From: Ptychomitrium polyphyllum
Lineage: Eukaryota
Reading direction: 5' to 3'
NCBI GenBank assembly: GCA_973851085.1
Contig: OZ316775.1
Span: 10,416,001-10,480,000 of the forward strand
Length of the DNA stretch: 64,000 bases
Made by a program: the position numbers and the translations under genes. Numbering within the stretch: the first letter of the stretch is position 1; every line of letters begins with the position of its first letter. This document shows positions 52,301-64,000 of this stretch, in pieces. Below the pieces are notes generated by a model. The model was given only the letters and a program-made list of their open reading frames with translations, searched no databases and was not told the origin of the DNA.

Positions 52301-55300
52301 GATTGTTCGTGGGTGAACAGAAAGAAGGAGAAATTGAATTAGTAAAAATACTTCAGTAAAATGAATCCTCAAATATTTTTTCCAATGAAATTCTTATGCA
52401 AGTAAATACCTCATCAACATCATGCTGGTAACCAGCTAGAACATTCCGCGCGGCACTGAGGCCATCAGCGCAGCGTTGGTGAACTTTAGCAGCACGGGCT
52501 GTGGGCAGTCCTAAGGGTGGAAAGCCGTCCTCAAAAGGTAGGGCCTTCCTCACAGCCGAGGGGTCGTCAAGCTCAAGTGAAGCTATGAGATCCCCACCCT
52601 GGAATGCAAATAAGTGTCAGACCACAGAATTGATCACAAAGGAGTTAACATCTGAGAATAAGGTACCAGTGTCAGATAAAATTCCAGAAGATCACGTACC
52701 AGCATAGCTGAACCCTCAGACAATTTGAAGTTAATAATTCCAGATGCGGGGCTCAAAAGGGGCATGCACATCTTCATGACCTCCACCTCTGCATATGGAG
52801 CATCGGCGTCTACATGGCTGCCATTTGGTATTAGAAACCGCATCAACTTGCAAGGCGTTTCAGCAATTAATCGAGATGGATCATGATCATTCTGCACAGC
52901 AAACCATTCATTTGTAAGTAAAGGTGAACTAACAACAAATTGAATAACCGACATAAGTGCAGCACACATATACATTGCAGAAACATAGTCTCATATCGGA
53001 ATTGAATTGTGAACCTGCAAGAGGCATGTGCGTCCATCAATAAGTAAGCGAGTGCCGGCGGCCTCTTCTTCTGCATATACAACGTGACTGTTCCCATCGA
53101 GCTGCACAATCAAGTGAGTGAAAACATTGAGTATCTATCTCAGAAATTCAACCAGAACAATGACAGAAGGACGATATACAGAAGACTTTGGCTGATGTTA
53201 AGATTTCGTATCTCAGATTGGATTAGGAAATGAAAACAATCTAGGAGCTAATCTTAAGAAACTCTGACTAGAATGGTATCAAAACCAAATGACGAAGTCG
53301 CACCTGTACAAGAAGACCTCCATCTCGAAGAGTGTGAGCTTCAGCATGCACTTCGGATATATTCAACCGCAGCAGATAGCTACCTGCCCCACCTTTAGTC
53401 AACTCCACCTGTACAAGTACCGTCACAAATTAACACTGAAGCAAGACTTGAAAGTCTCCTAAAACCTACAACTTTGGCCTTGAAATACCCACCTCAATGA
53501 CAAGAAGGCTTCAAAGACATCGTTTCACAGAGACGGACATAGTACTGACGGAAAAACAACTTACATTGTACTTGATTCCCTCGATGTTGAGGGAGATTTG
53601 AAAGTTGACAAGCGAGATGTTCTGCAAGACAAAGCCAAATAAAATAATTAGCAATCCTGCTATAAAAGCTTTGTAGTGAGGAAGTATGGATTAAATGCAT
53701 TATGTTGTAAGATCGGAAGGTGGTGCCGCTTCATGTACCTTGGGTGGAATCTGGCCCTTTTCCAAATAGCCTATGTATTCCGTTACACGAGCTGCAACGA
53801 GTCTGCTTGCTTTCTGGTAAGAAGGACCACCCGATATCCATCATTCAGACCGAATTCTCTGAGCTGTAAGGAAATCACTAACCAGTTTTAAAGTAATCAT
53901 ACACTGTTTGTTATGTTTCTGTTAATAACAACAGAAACCAAGTAAAGAAGATATTGGAAACAGCTTACATATAAAGCACCACCGACAACCGAAATCTCCC
54001 AAGGAGGTCTTTCTGCTCGCACTCGCATAGCAATCCGGCTATCCAACCACCCTGTGTGGATCTTATTGTCTCTGTATTCGGGTGCCTGCACGTCAATGAC
54101 GGCATGCCCGTGCAATCAGTAACTGGCAGCACCACGTTATGAACAGAATCCTCTTGTGCTTCTCATACGGTACAATTTGGATACAAGAGTCCATGTTATG
54201 TACAGTAATGGTTGACCTTGGTCTGCTACCTTTCTCACCAGAAGGGAGAGTACTTACATGCAGGATGTCAACAGTATAATCTACATTAGTACGAATCTCT
54301 CCTCGTATGTGAAGCTCCTTAAGCCCCAGCACCATGTTGGCAATGGCCATCGCTCGTGTCTCTCCGAAAGCAAAAACATGGCCTGCATCAAACCGAATAT
54401 TCCACGAACTCCCAAGTAAGACCTCCCAAATATTTACGTAAGACGTCGCAATCACATATAACACAAGCCCATTGCCTCGATTGTTTTTAAAGTACTTCCA
54501 TTCTGGGAACTTACCAAACTGAGAATCTGAATACTCGTGAATGCCACCTCCAGACTAACAAACCACCAACCGCACCAAACCACGAATCAGCATACTTCTC
54601 CTATATTTTCCCCCTCAGTTACTTTTAGAATCAGAGGATCTTCTGAACAAAACTTCAACCTACCAAAAAGCCCGTAACTCACCAAATCGTTTCAACCAGC
54701 TACTCTAAGTCTTTCAAATGTCGAATTCAACTTTCAAGATTTTAGACACTAGGAGATTATTTACTGTAATACTAGAAACACAAACCAAAGCAGTCATTGT
54801 GCTGACATTATACAAGCTATGAATAAAGAATGTCACTTGATACCTTCACTGAAAAGTAAGCCCACACGTTGGGTTTACTCCTGAAACTGAGTTCCTGCAA
54901 AACAATGGAACACTCGTCAATTCGACCTCCCATCGAGTTCGGTAAAAACAGCGCATTTCCTGCAAGTAGTTCCCAACAAGTATGTCTGTTCACAGGCTCA
55001 AAATGAAGAGAAAAAACAAGTCGTAACTGGTCCAATCTAATTGGATCTCGGCAGGATAGTAGAAAGATTACCTGCACTTGACCACTGGTGGGCTTGAAGC
55101 CGTCGTCAGGGTCTTCACTTGTGACCCGCACAGCTACTACATGACCTTTAGGTTTCTGAGAATCAACTTTTGACAGATCAAACTGGACTGCTTCATTTGC
55201 CACCTTCCTCCAAGAATCATGGCCACCACCTCCTTGACCAAAAAGACGTCGTATTTCTGCACATAGTAAACCAAGGACCCCAAATTGAGCATAACTCTAA

Positions 55301-57715
55301 ACATAACCCGTTGACTTTTTCAATCTGATCATGTCTCAAAAATACCAGGCTTCGGATCCACTTGCTTTATCGACGAAGTTCAAGAAGCCACATCCTAATT
55401 GTGAGGAATTCTGAATTAATTGTACAATGTCGCATTTCAAAATCTGTTACCAAAGGAGAACGTAAGCTGTATGTCTACTAAAGCGGTATAAAGTTCTGAA
55501 GCATTAAGCCTGGTCCTTACCAGGCATGCGCCAAAGGGGAATACCCATGGCAACACCAAGTTGAGCTGCTGGCAAGTTAAATTCAGCAATCCATTCTGTT
55601 ACAGGGTGCTCCACCTGCACAACTAGGAGTCTCAGAATGACGGCAGGACGAGGTATAAATTCTAAACTCCCGACATACTTCGTAATCAAGTGAAGATCAT
55701 TAACCTTCTAATAGAACCCAAATGACTACCTGGAGACGAGGATTGAGCTCCAGGAAGTAAAAGTCCCCAGTATCCATGCTGTACAAATATTCCACAGTTG
55801 CAGCTCCAATGTAATTGACAGACTTGGCAAGCCGACAGGCGCCTTGCTCTAAGAGCTTCACTGTTTCCAGAGGAGCAATCGTGATCGGTCCTTCCTCAAT
55901 AATCTGTGACAACGTGCATTGCACATCGGACGAAGTTTATCAGTCAAAAGAACTAATTATACAGGTTTCTTTTTTCCTAAAAAAATTTTAAGCGAGAAAA
56001 ATTTATATATATTTAAATAATTTTTTCAAAAACTGATAAAAATGAAACTGCGGAAACATAGAAAACTGTTGGATGTATTTCAAAGAAACTAAAAATTAAT
56101 GAATGATTTTAGAAAAAAAGAAGTAAACGAACTGATTACTGTTTGAATCAAGAGATCGCAAGAAGCAAAACAACAGGAAGTTCTGCTTGATATAAAAGGA
56201 GAAATAGAATCTTAAAGGATCACGGATGAGAATCACCTTTTGGTGGCGTCTTTGTACACTGCAATCACGGCTGTGCAGAGCTGCTACATTTCCATATTTG
56301 TCACACAGCAGCTGAACCTCGAGATGTCGACTCTGATATTTCACCAGGGAAGATGCGAGCAGAATTTCAGCTTGTACACTAGTTATAGGCTTGGAAAGGG
56401 TAGCAAGAGATTATGAAGGAATTTCCCTACAAGTACGTGACTAGGACCACAAACCTGTGTAGCAACCTTCATAATAAAGATTGGTGAGCCTGGAACTTCA
56501 CCCTGCACTTGCTTGAACAATGCCTTCACTTCTTCATCGTTGTGCACCTTCCGAATTCCTTTTCCACCACCTCCCCAAGAAGCCTTGATCATGGCTGGGT
56601 AGCCAACAACTTGACACGAAGCCAAAGCTTCCTCCGTGGTAGAAACGCACGCCTGCTTGTACAAATCCTCTGGGATGATGCCTTGACAGATGTCAAAAGG
56701 CACCGATACCTGTGTCGACAACAGATTCGCCTCAATACACACCAAAGAAAATGCAGCACTCTATTCAAGAAACTCTTTCAATTCGGTACCCACATTAAAC
56801 TGTTTGAAAACCATAACTTCCTAAACAATCTTATTGAACCACAATAAGACTAATCATAAAGAAACCTAGGAGTTCAGCAAAGCTTACATGAGAGCCACTC
56901 CACGGAAGTGTGGGTACACCAGCTGCCTGCGCAATGAGTGAAGACCCAATTTTGTCGCCTAGAGCGTTCATGGGACCTGCTGGAGGGCCCAGAAAGTGAA
57001 TACCTCGCGCCAGGAGCGAATCTGGAAGCTCGGGAACTTCAGAGGCGTGACCCCATCCAGGCCACACGGCTTGCACCCCTGTTCTTTCAGCAATCTGCCA
57101 GTTGGAAAACATAGGTTGAAGTCACAAATACAAATTCCCAATTAAAACTCAGACAACAAGAGTTCAAATTACAAATATCGCTGAGTAGTGTAGGGAATAC
57201 TATGCCCATACTACCACCTCCCATACTATTGCCATCTAGTTTTCACTTAAGGCACCTCGAAGTGCTTTTCGCAAGGGTATTGCTCTAAGAGAATAGTGAA
57301 ATGATTCGTAGAATAGCAGTGGTGGTGTGGTTGAGGTTCTGAGGGCACAAACCTCGACGATCAACTGGACGTTGGCATAGTTGTTGTTGTTGGTACCGCC
57401 GGGCACTTCCACGAACTGGTCGGCCATGCGGATGTGCTCCGCATTGATGCGCATATCTTCGGGGGTCGCCATAGCCACCAGCAGCACGGCTCTCTCGGCT
57501 CCGAAGCTCTCATACGCCCACGAGCGCACGCTCCGCATGAACTTGACGGCCGCCATGCCATTGTTCGCAATCAAAATGCTGCGTATTGGGTCCGTGCCTC
57601 CGAGCACATTGCAGTACTCCTCCACAGGGGATACATTCGCAGCTTTCTTCTGCTCCGCAGGCTTCACCGCTCCATTCAGGGCCGATGGCGGCCGCAGCAC
57701 TTCGAGGGCCACCAT
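46335..57715 (-). CDS. ACC1: Homomeric (multifunctional) acetyl-CoA carboxylase, ~29 coding exons, probably cytosolic
   Basis: Biotin carboxylase ([38 protein letters not shown]), biotinyl motif AEVEVMKM, carboxyltransferase ([20 protein letters not shown]). Start context ACCACCATGG with an in-frame TAG just upstream and no evident transit peptide; last exon [22 protein letters not shown] ends at 46335. Confidence 0.96.
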
Positions 57716-58999
57716 GGTGGTCCTTCGCTACTCGTCACGCAAAGCAGCTTCTCCTTGAGAAACTCCTGGTGTTAATTAAACAACAACTACCACCTCCTGG
57801 AGATACAGTTCGAAGCCGCCTCCTCTTCTCTTCACCTACATCAACATGGAGTCACCCCTCAACGCAACGAAACGCATCCTAATTCCCACCCAAGCTAAGG
57901 ACCTGCCCAAAGACGCTACAAAACGATACAGAGGACTCTAAAGCAAATGACCCAGCAACGCGCAATTGAACAGACTTGCGTGGAAATTTTGAAACATCCC
58001 ATAAACCAAATTTTGAAACATCCCATAAAACATTAGGGCGGGAGGAACGGTCAAAAATACCATATAACTCTATTTCCCGTGGTAAACCTCTCTGTCCAAA
58101 ATCAAGTTCGTCACGAAAGCCAATGCGCAATCACCGAATCCGAGAGAAACCTAAACCAACACCGTACCCATCAATTTTCCACTTGTTCATTTGGCCTAAT
58201 CCAACGATACTCGATCATCACCTCTGCAGCGCATAACCCACAAGCTCTTCCCTCAAATTCTAGCAACGGCACTACTGAATCTACTTCCCCACGCGCTCTA
58301 TTCGTCAAACTGGGCCCTCGATGTTGCAAACTGAGCTCTACCTACTACAGGGACCACTCTGAGAGCGTCACAGAAGGGTGCACACAGACTGAATGCTGAT
58401 ATCTCTACGGTGAACTCGAGTCGTCAGCTGCCCTCTAATGCAGTACCTCGGCGAGTGCCCGCGGAAAGCAATTTAGTGGCGTCATGATCCGCCCCAGCCA
58501 GCCACGGATAGCATGGGCGAATGTCAAAGCAGCGAATAGAGAAAGCGCTGCATCACGAAGAAAGGCAGCAGGAAAAAGAGCATCCGTCCTTCAGGTGGCA
58601 AAGCAAGACTTTGACTCGCGGGTGACGCCGGTCCTCGTTCCGCGTCGGCGGCTGACCCCACCTCGGTGCCTCGTTTGCACTGTTCCGGTGCCCACTTTAG
58701 TGGAAAAAAGGCCCAAACCGTCCCTCAAAACCTCATACCGCAGCTCAATCACACTGCAGCAAGTCTTTTCCATTGACCGGTGGGCGCATCCTGGCGCATC
58801 TCCGACAGAAGTTCCAGGCATGGGCGTGCCACGACTGGTGCAAGACCCATGAAGCGCAGAGCATGGAGAAAGCAAATGCAGATGCAAATGCAAATGCGTC
58901 GTCAGAGAAGTGCGGAGTTCTGTGGGTGCTCTGATTCTCTGATTCTCTGATTCTCTGCTTCTCTGCTTGCATTTCGTCATCATGGTCGTCCCTACCATT

Positions 59000-59330
59000 A
59001 TTCTCTCTTTTCTTCTCATCTTTCTCTTTCCCTCTCATCTCTCTCTTTCCCTCTCACTCTCTTTCTAATCTGTCTTTCCTTTCTTTCACTTTTTCTCTCT
59101 CTTTCTGCTCTAGCTTACTCGCTTACTCGCTTACTCGCTTTCTCTCTTTCTCTAGTTCTCTCTTTCTCTCTTTCTCTCTTTCTCTCTTTCTCTCTTTCGC
59201 TCTTGGTCCCTTTCTCTTGGTCCCTTTCTCTCTTGGTCCCTTTCTCTCTTTCTGCTCTCGCTTTCTGCTCTTTCTTTCTCTTGCACTCTTTCTACTCCCT
59301 CTTTCTCTCTTTCTGCTCTCTTCCTTCCCT
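59000..59330. repeat. CT-rich low-complexity tract upstream of ACCase
   Basis: ~330 bp of almost pure pyrimidine on the + strand with short internal repeats (cttactcg x3, tcttggtccctttc x3). Confidence 0.85.
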
Positions 59331-60415
59331 GGCAAGCACAGATGGCGTGCGAGATTTGGTGACCGTGGGTTTGCTTTCAGTGGTTTGTGAACTTTCGACA
59401 AGCTGGGGATGGAGATGGGGATGGGGATGTGATGTGAGTTCGTTGTCACGTCATTTGGGCAGAGTTTTTTGATTGGATATTTTGGAATAGATGCAATTCT
59501 TGTTCAGGATTTCACATTAGAATATCAGTGATGGAGATTGTGTGGTAGCAGCGCAAAAGTTGTGTTTGTTGAAGAATGGGGAGGAGAATGGGGAGTGACT
59601 GGCTGGGCAAGCTCTAGAATGCAAGTTCATTAGGTGCAGGCATGCACTATCAAAAGCAAGCCTGATTAAGACGTTGGTTAAGACACTGGCTAATACACTG
59701 GTTAAGACACTAATTTGGACAGTATAGCGTATAAAATAATGCCTTAATTTTGTTTGAGCCATTTCAGTGTTTTAGAAGAGTTTCTTAGTTAATCCTAATT
59801 TCCCATAGTGATGGAAACTTGGCGTGCTAACTTCAAAGGGGCACTTTGAAGTTGTGTGTTTCTTGTTCCCATTGCCAAATTCCAAAGTGCTCACAAGGTT
59901 TTGTGCTACCGTCAGAAGGTCATTCAATTGTTTACTAACATTCTAAATGAAAAACCTCTTATAAGTGTATTCCACCTGTTGAAATGAATTATGCAATGAG
60001 TCCCATGAGATGTTGATTCCAATGTAATAGACTGCAAGACAAATCACTACTTCAATGCTGGTACAAGATTCTCACAGCTAAACAGATTTTGAATGTTTTT
60101 GGAAACTTGTTTACACACTATAATACAGAACTTCACACAAACCTCACAATCAAAGTCCAAAGGTGTGAACATGGGTGGCCCATGTGCATCACTGGGTTAC
60201 CAAGCAGACAACAAAGTATGAGGAGACTGGTGCTAAAAGCATGACCCATCTTTAGTTCTTTTGTATTGACTTGACTTAGAAACCTGGAAAAGTCAACAAG
60301 TTACAAGAGAGGTCTGAGATGACTTTCAAGTTCCACAGGGTCAATGCACACAGCCAGGCAGAACAACAAGCTCATACCAAACACTGAACAGCATGACAAA
60401 GCTTTTCAGTGAGAA

Positions 60416-60500
60416 GTTCATTCATTCATTCATTCGTTCATTCATTAGTTCATTCCGTAGTTCATTCCATAGTTTATTCCTTAGTTCATTCATTAGTTTA
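60416..60500. repeat. (TTCA)n-derived microsatellite
   Basis: ttcattcattcattcattcgttcattcattagttcattccgtagttcattcc... Confidence 0.8.
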
Positions 60501-62219
60501 CTAGGTTTCACTTATGAGTTTGTAGAAAGAATTCAGCATGCTTCAAGATTTCATGGTGTTTTGCCAATATTTTATTCAAAAACAAAATTGGAACACAGTA
60601 TTTCACAAAAGTGCACTTGGACCTTCTTTTATCCAAAAATCTATAAATAATTGTTGTAGAATCTATTATTGTAATTTTTGTAAATACAAATATGAATAAT
60701 TTCTTTGACATTAACATATGAATATCAATATGAGATATTACTCAGTTCAATAGATAATAAACATGCTATTGTTATGACTCTTATACTATCAAGAATTTAT
60801 TTTCACTCATTATTCTTAAATATATGTTTATTATTTTTTATTTGTGCATCATCTATTGCTTGCAATAATTTTCTATGTATTCCAAAAGATAAAAAAATCA
60901 TTGCTTTTTGAATGGATAATTCTTCCTCTAATTTGATTATTTCAACATTGCAGTTCTTATTTTGAAAGAAAGATTATATAATGGAATTATTTTAAGTTCA
61001 TTCAATTGATTTTTTATGAAAAAGAATCTGTATCCATCTTATGTCATTTTACGTTGAAAGATTCTTAAGTCAAATTTCTCTTTTATTGACATCAATTTTG
61101 GACAATATTAATTTATTTTCATTTAATTCAATTTTAAAGAAATATTCTTTAATGTTGATAGTTTCTTCGTATAAAATCAAAATGCTAGATTTTATATTTC
61201 TAATGCTATTGTTATGTTCACAAATTGACCAATTGTAACATCTTTAAATGAATCAAATGCAAAAATAATTATTTTTATTCATTCTTTCTTTCAAAGATGC
61301 AATGCATTAACTAAGAAGAAGCTAGTATTTCTCTAAGATGTAATGCTTTAAAATTTCATGAATAAGTTTGAAGTTCATATAATGCAATATCACTTTAGTG
61401 TACTCAAAAACAATTTATTTTTGTTGCATATGTGAGTTAGATGTGTTTTATTAAGATTTATGTGAATATTTTTAATTAATTATATATGTATATTTTTTAA
61501 TTAATTTTTTTTTTCTTTAATATACTTATTGTCAAATTTGAATAAACATAGATTTTTTTAGATGAATACATTAATCATGAATTAGCAATTATAGATTTTT
61601 TTAATGTTTTAACAAATGACTTAGAATGATTTAAAAAATCATAGATCCATTGTACAAATCACTTTATTTTAAACAAGTTTGTAAATAAAACTAATAAGGT
61701 AGCCATCACATCTTTGATGTGATGACATTTAATGCAGATTTTTGTGTCCATCTATCCATCTAGATGTAAATGCATCTATACATCCAGATATGTGAGGATG
61801 GACAAAGTTTGAGAATTAAATGAGACAAAACTATAAGATTTCTTCTTTGTACTATGTACAAAATTCTAAAAAAACATGCTTGATCAGACTTATTTTTGGT
61901 TGCTTGATGATATAAGAATGGAATATTACTGTTACTGAAGTAAACTAATTTAACTTCAACTTGTGATCCTGCTAATTGGAGCATGAAGTTAATTGAACTA
62001 ATATCAACATAACCTTCTACCACAACCCCAAATTATTATACATCTCATCACGTCCTTTGAGAATGTGCATTTCCAACCCTCTTTCAGCCATGTTTCCTTA
62101 CAGAATGTCTCATACCTCACATTGCAGACACTCACACAAAACCATTTTACACAAGATAGCTTTCACAACGTAACAAGTCATATCAAAATCATTCCAACGT
62201 ACAACACTTCCAGCATGTA

Positions 62220-64000
62220 GGGCAAGGCCAACATCAATGGCATTCCTGCAAGGTGATTTGAAGAGCAAGGTTGTATTTGTGCATGCTGGTCTGAACATAC
62301 CTGTAGACGGTGACCACAACATCCCTGATGACACACTAGCCAGCATCACGTGAAGAAGGGAGCCGAGGTTATGCTTGACAGCCACTTAGGCCGTCCCGAG
62401 AAGGGTCCTGAGGATGAGAACAGCTTGAAGCCTGTTGCAGGTAGGCTAGATTGCATTAATGAAAAAAGAAATCCTCTCTATGGTGTCAGAGTCGGATTGC
62501 CTCTTTCTGAACCCCTGCAAGATGTAGTAAAATTCATAATACTCCAAACACTCCTCTCTTCCAGATGGATATTTCTGTCATTCAAACTTCAAAGGCACAT
62601 TCCTTGTGTTCACTAAAGGTTGAGGGAGTTTGTGTCTTCAACCTCCAACCTCCATGCCTTCATATATTCACTATGACATGCACTTTACAGTCGATTTCTC
62701 TTTTTCCAAGGTGCGGGTGAGTTGCTTCAACTTCTAAAAAATGTATGGCATTGTGTGTATCCTCCATGAATTTATACTAAATGCCTAGTGAATTGCAGTT
62801 TAAGAAAAGCACCGAGGTTTGACATATTTTGGTTTTGTGAAATGCAGTATTAGCTACCACCTGCAGTTAGAATTAAATTCCAGTACAATAACCGAATCAG
62901 TACTAAATTTGTAACAGAATCTGAAATTCACTTTTCGTTCTTTCTGCCATGCAGAGAGGTTATATAAGCTTGCTTGGGCAGACCGGGGAATTGACAGCGT
63001 CAGGCCTCAAGTTGAGACCACGATTGTTGCGTTGAAGGTGTGAATTGAGTATCTTGACTAAGCTCTGTAAATTCGTGATTTATCACTTGAGTGTGATGGT
63101 TGTTTGCTTCAAATAGAATTTTTTAGAGCGTCTATATCGATTCAGATTGTAAACACAATGCTCTTTGAATATACAAAAGGCATTGGAATCAGTAGGTCAC
63201 GTAAGGCTTGACAATAGCTCCAAACTAGAAACTATGAGACTATAAGTATATACTGATTTGAAATCCGGGACGTTTTGAGAAAAATGTGGTGGGGTGCGTC
63301 AATTTTATGGAATGAACTTCGAAAAATCATTAATCAACAAGAAGATCTGAAGTAGGTTTCTCTGAAAATAACATGTGCTTTGTGAAATACATGTTTGTAG
63401 AATTGCTAAGGTCATTCCATCACTTGTCAAGGAAGTAAACATATTGTGAGGACACAAATTTCCTTCCTAATTCTCAAAGCTATTTTTTGATCAGGAGGTG
63501 GACAGGAAGGACGTGTGTTGCTTCAGGAGAACGTCTGTTTCTACAAGGAAGAGGAGAAGATTAACGTTGAATTCTTTACGAAGCTTGCCAAGAACATCGA
63601 CATCTTTATCAACGATGCATTCGGCAGTGCTCACCGTGCTCACTTATCTACAGCCTTTTGTCGCCATTGTATTATCACTTCCTGTAGTGTAATTCCTGTT
63701 ACAATTGATTTTTTCTCAAACAATGTATGCAACAGCGTCCTGAGCTCCCTCGATCAATGGAAAGCAAAGCCTTTCGCATTAGAGTTCGTTACTGATTACA
63801 CTTTCAACAACAAGCGTAAATGTGGCAGATTCCGTTACTCATCAAGTGGGGCTAAAGAGGTGATTACGAGTGCAAAACTTGTAGTTAGCGGTCCATACTT
63901 TCGCTTGTTCCTTAGTTCTGCTTATTCCATAGAATTCTTTGTCCTCTGGTACTCAGGTTGGAGATACCAAGGTCTCATCGAAGATCATCGTTATTGAATC
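62220..64000 (+). pseudogene. PGK: Phosphoglycerate kinase pseudogene (unprocessed, intron-containing); runs off the window end
   Basis: GDLKSKVVFVHAGLNIPVDGDHNIPDDT (62252-, decayed RADLNVP...ITDDTRI) followed by TGA and a frameshift; KGAEVMLDSHLGRPEKGPEDENSLKPVA; frameshifted exon ...SVRPQVETTIVALK (~62955-63038); [15 protein letters not shown]...[30 protein letters not shown] at the window end. Confidence 0.88.

Noticed and set aside
57716..57790. Possible plastid transit peptide extension of ACCase
   Set aside because: An in-frame TAG lies a few codons upstream of the ATG at 57715; an alternative first exon cannot be excluded but none is evident.
58484..59472. Short ORFs upstream of ACCase, including an RE/KE-rich one
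   Set aside because: Translations of the (CT/GA) tract and probable 5' UTR/intron; no domain similarity.

Overview
AT-rich plant nuclear DNA, most likely a moss or other bryophyte, judged from spliceosomal GT-AG genes and land-plant-type proteins. Apparently intact host genes: the 3' end of a poly(ADP-ribose) glycohydrolase (+, 132-1270), a 19-exon BRAHMA-type SWI/SNF ATPase (-, 21302-33383), an intronless PIF/Harbinger (Pong-like) transposase-derived ORF (-, 43193-44482) and a ~29-exon homomeric acetyl-CoA carboxylase (-, 46335-57715). Damaged genes: a BLOS2 copy with an in-frame TAG (-, 44738-45384) and a decayed intron-containing phosphoglycerate kinase (+, ~62220-64000). The ~19 kb between PARG and BRM is a transposon graveyard heavily mutated by C>T/G>A changes. 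It holds four copies of a ~1.1-1.15 kb LTR (two with perfect 5-bp TSDs), a fossil Mutator-like (MULE + SWIM) transposase, and a multi-exon fossil gene that the ORF track misses. The translated remnants of that gene look like a ParB/Sulfiredoxin-like N-terminal domain followed by a prokaryote-type beta-class (N4C/N6A) DNA amino-methyltransferase-like domain. It points away from the MULE transposase. A possible Mutator-like element carrying a ParB-methyltransferase cargo gene is the most interesting signal in the window. It rests on manual reconstruction through stop codons and needs profile-search confirmation. One 100-N assembly gap lies at 37192-37291. All family assignments are by motif recognition; no searches were run.
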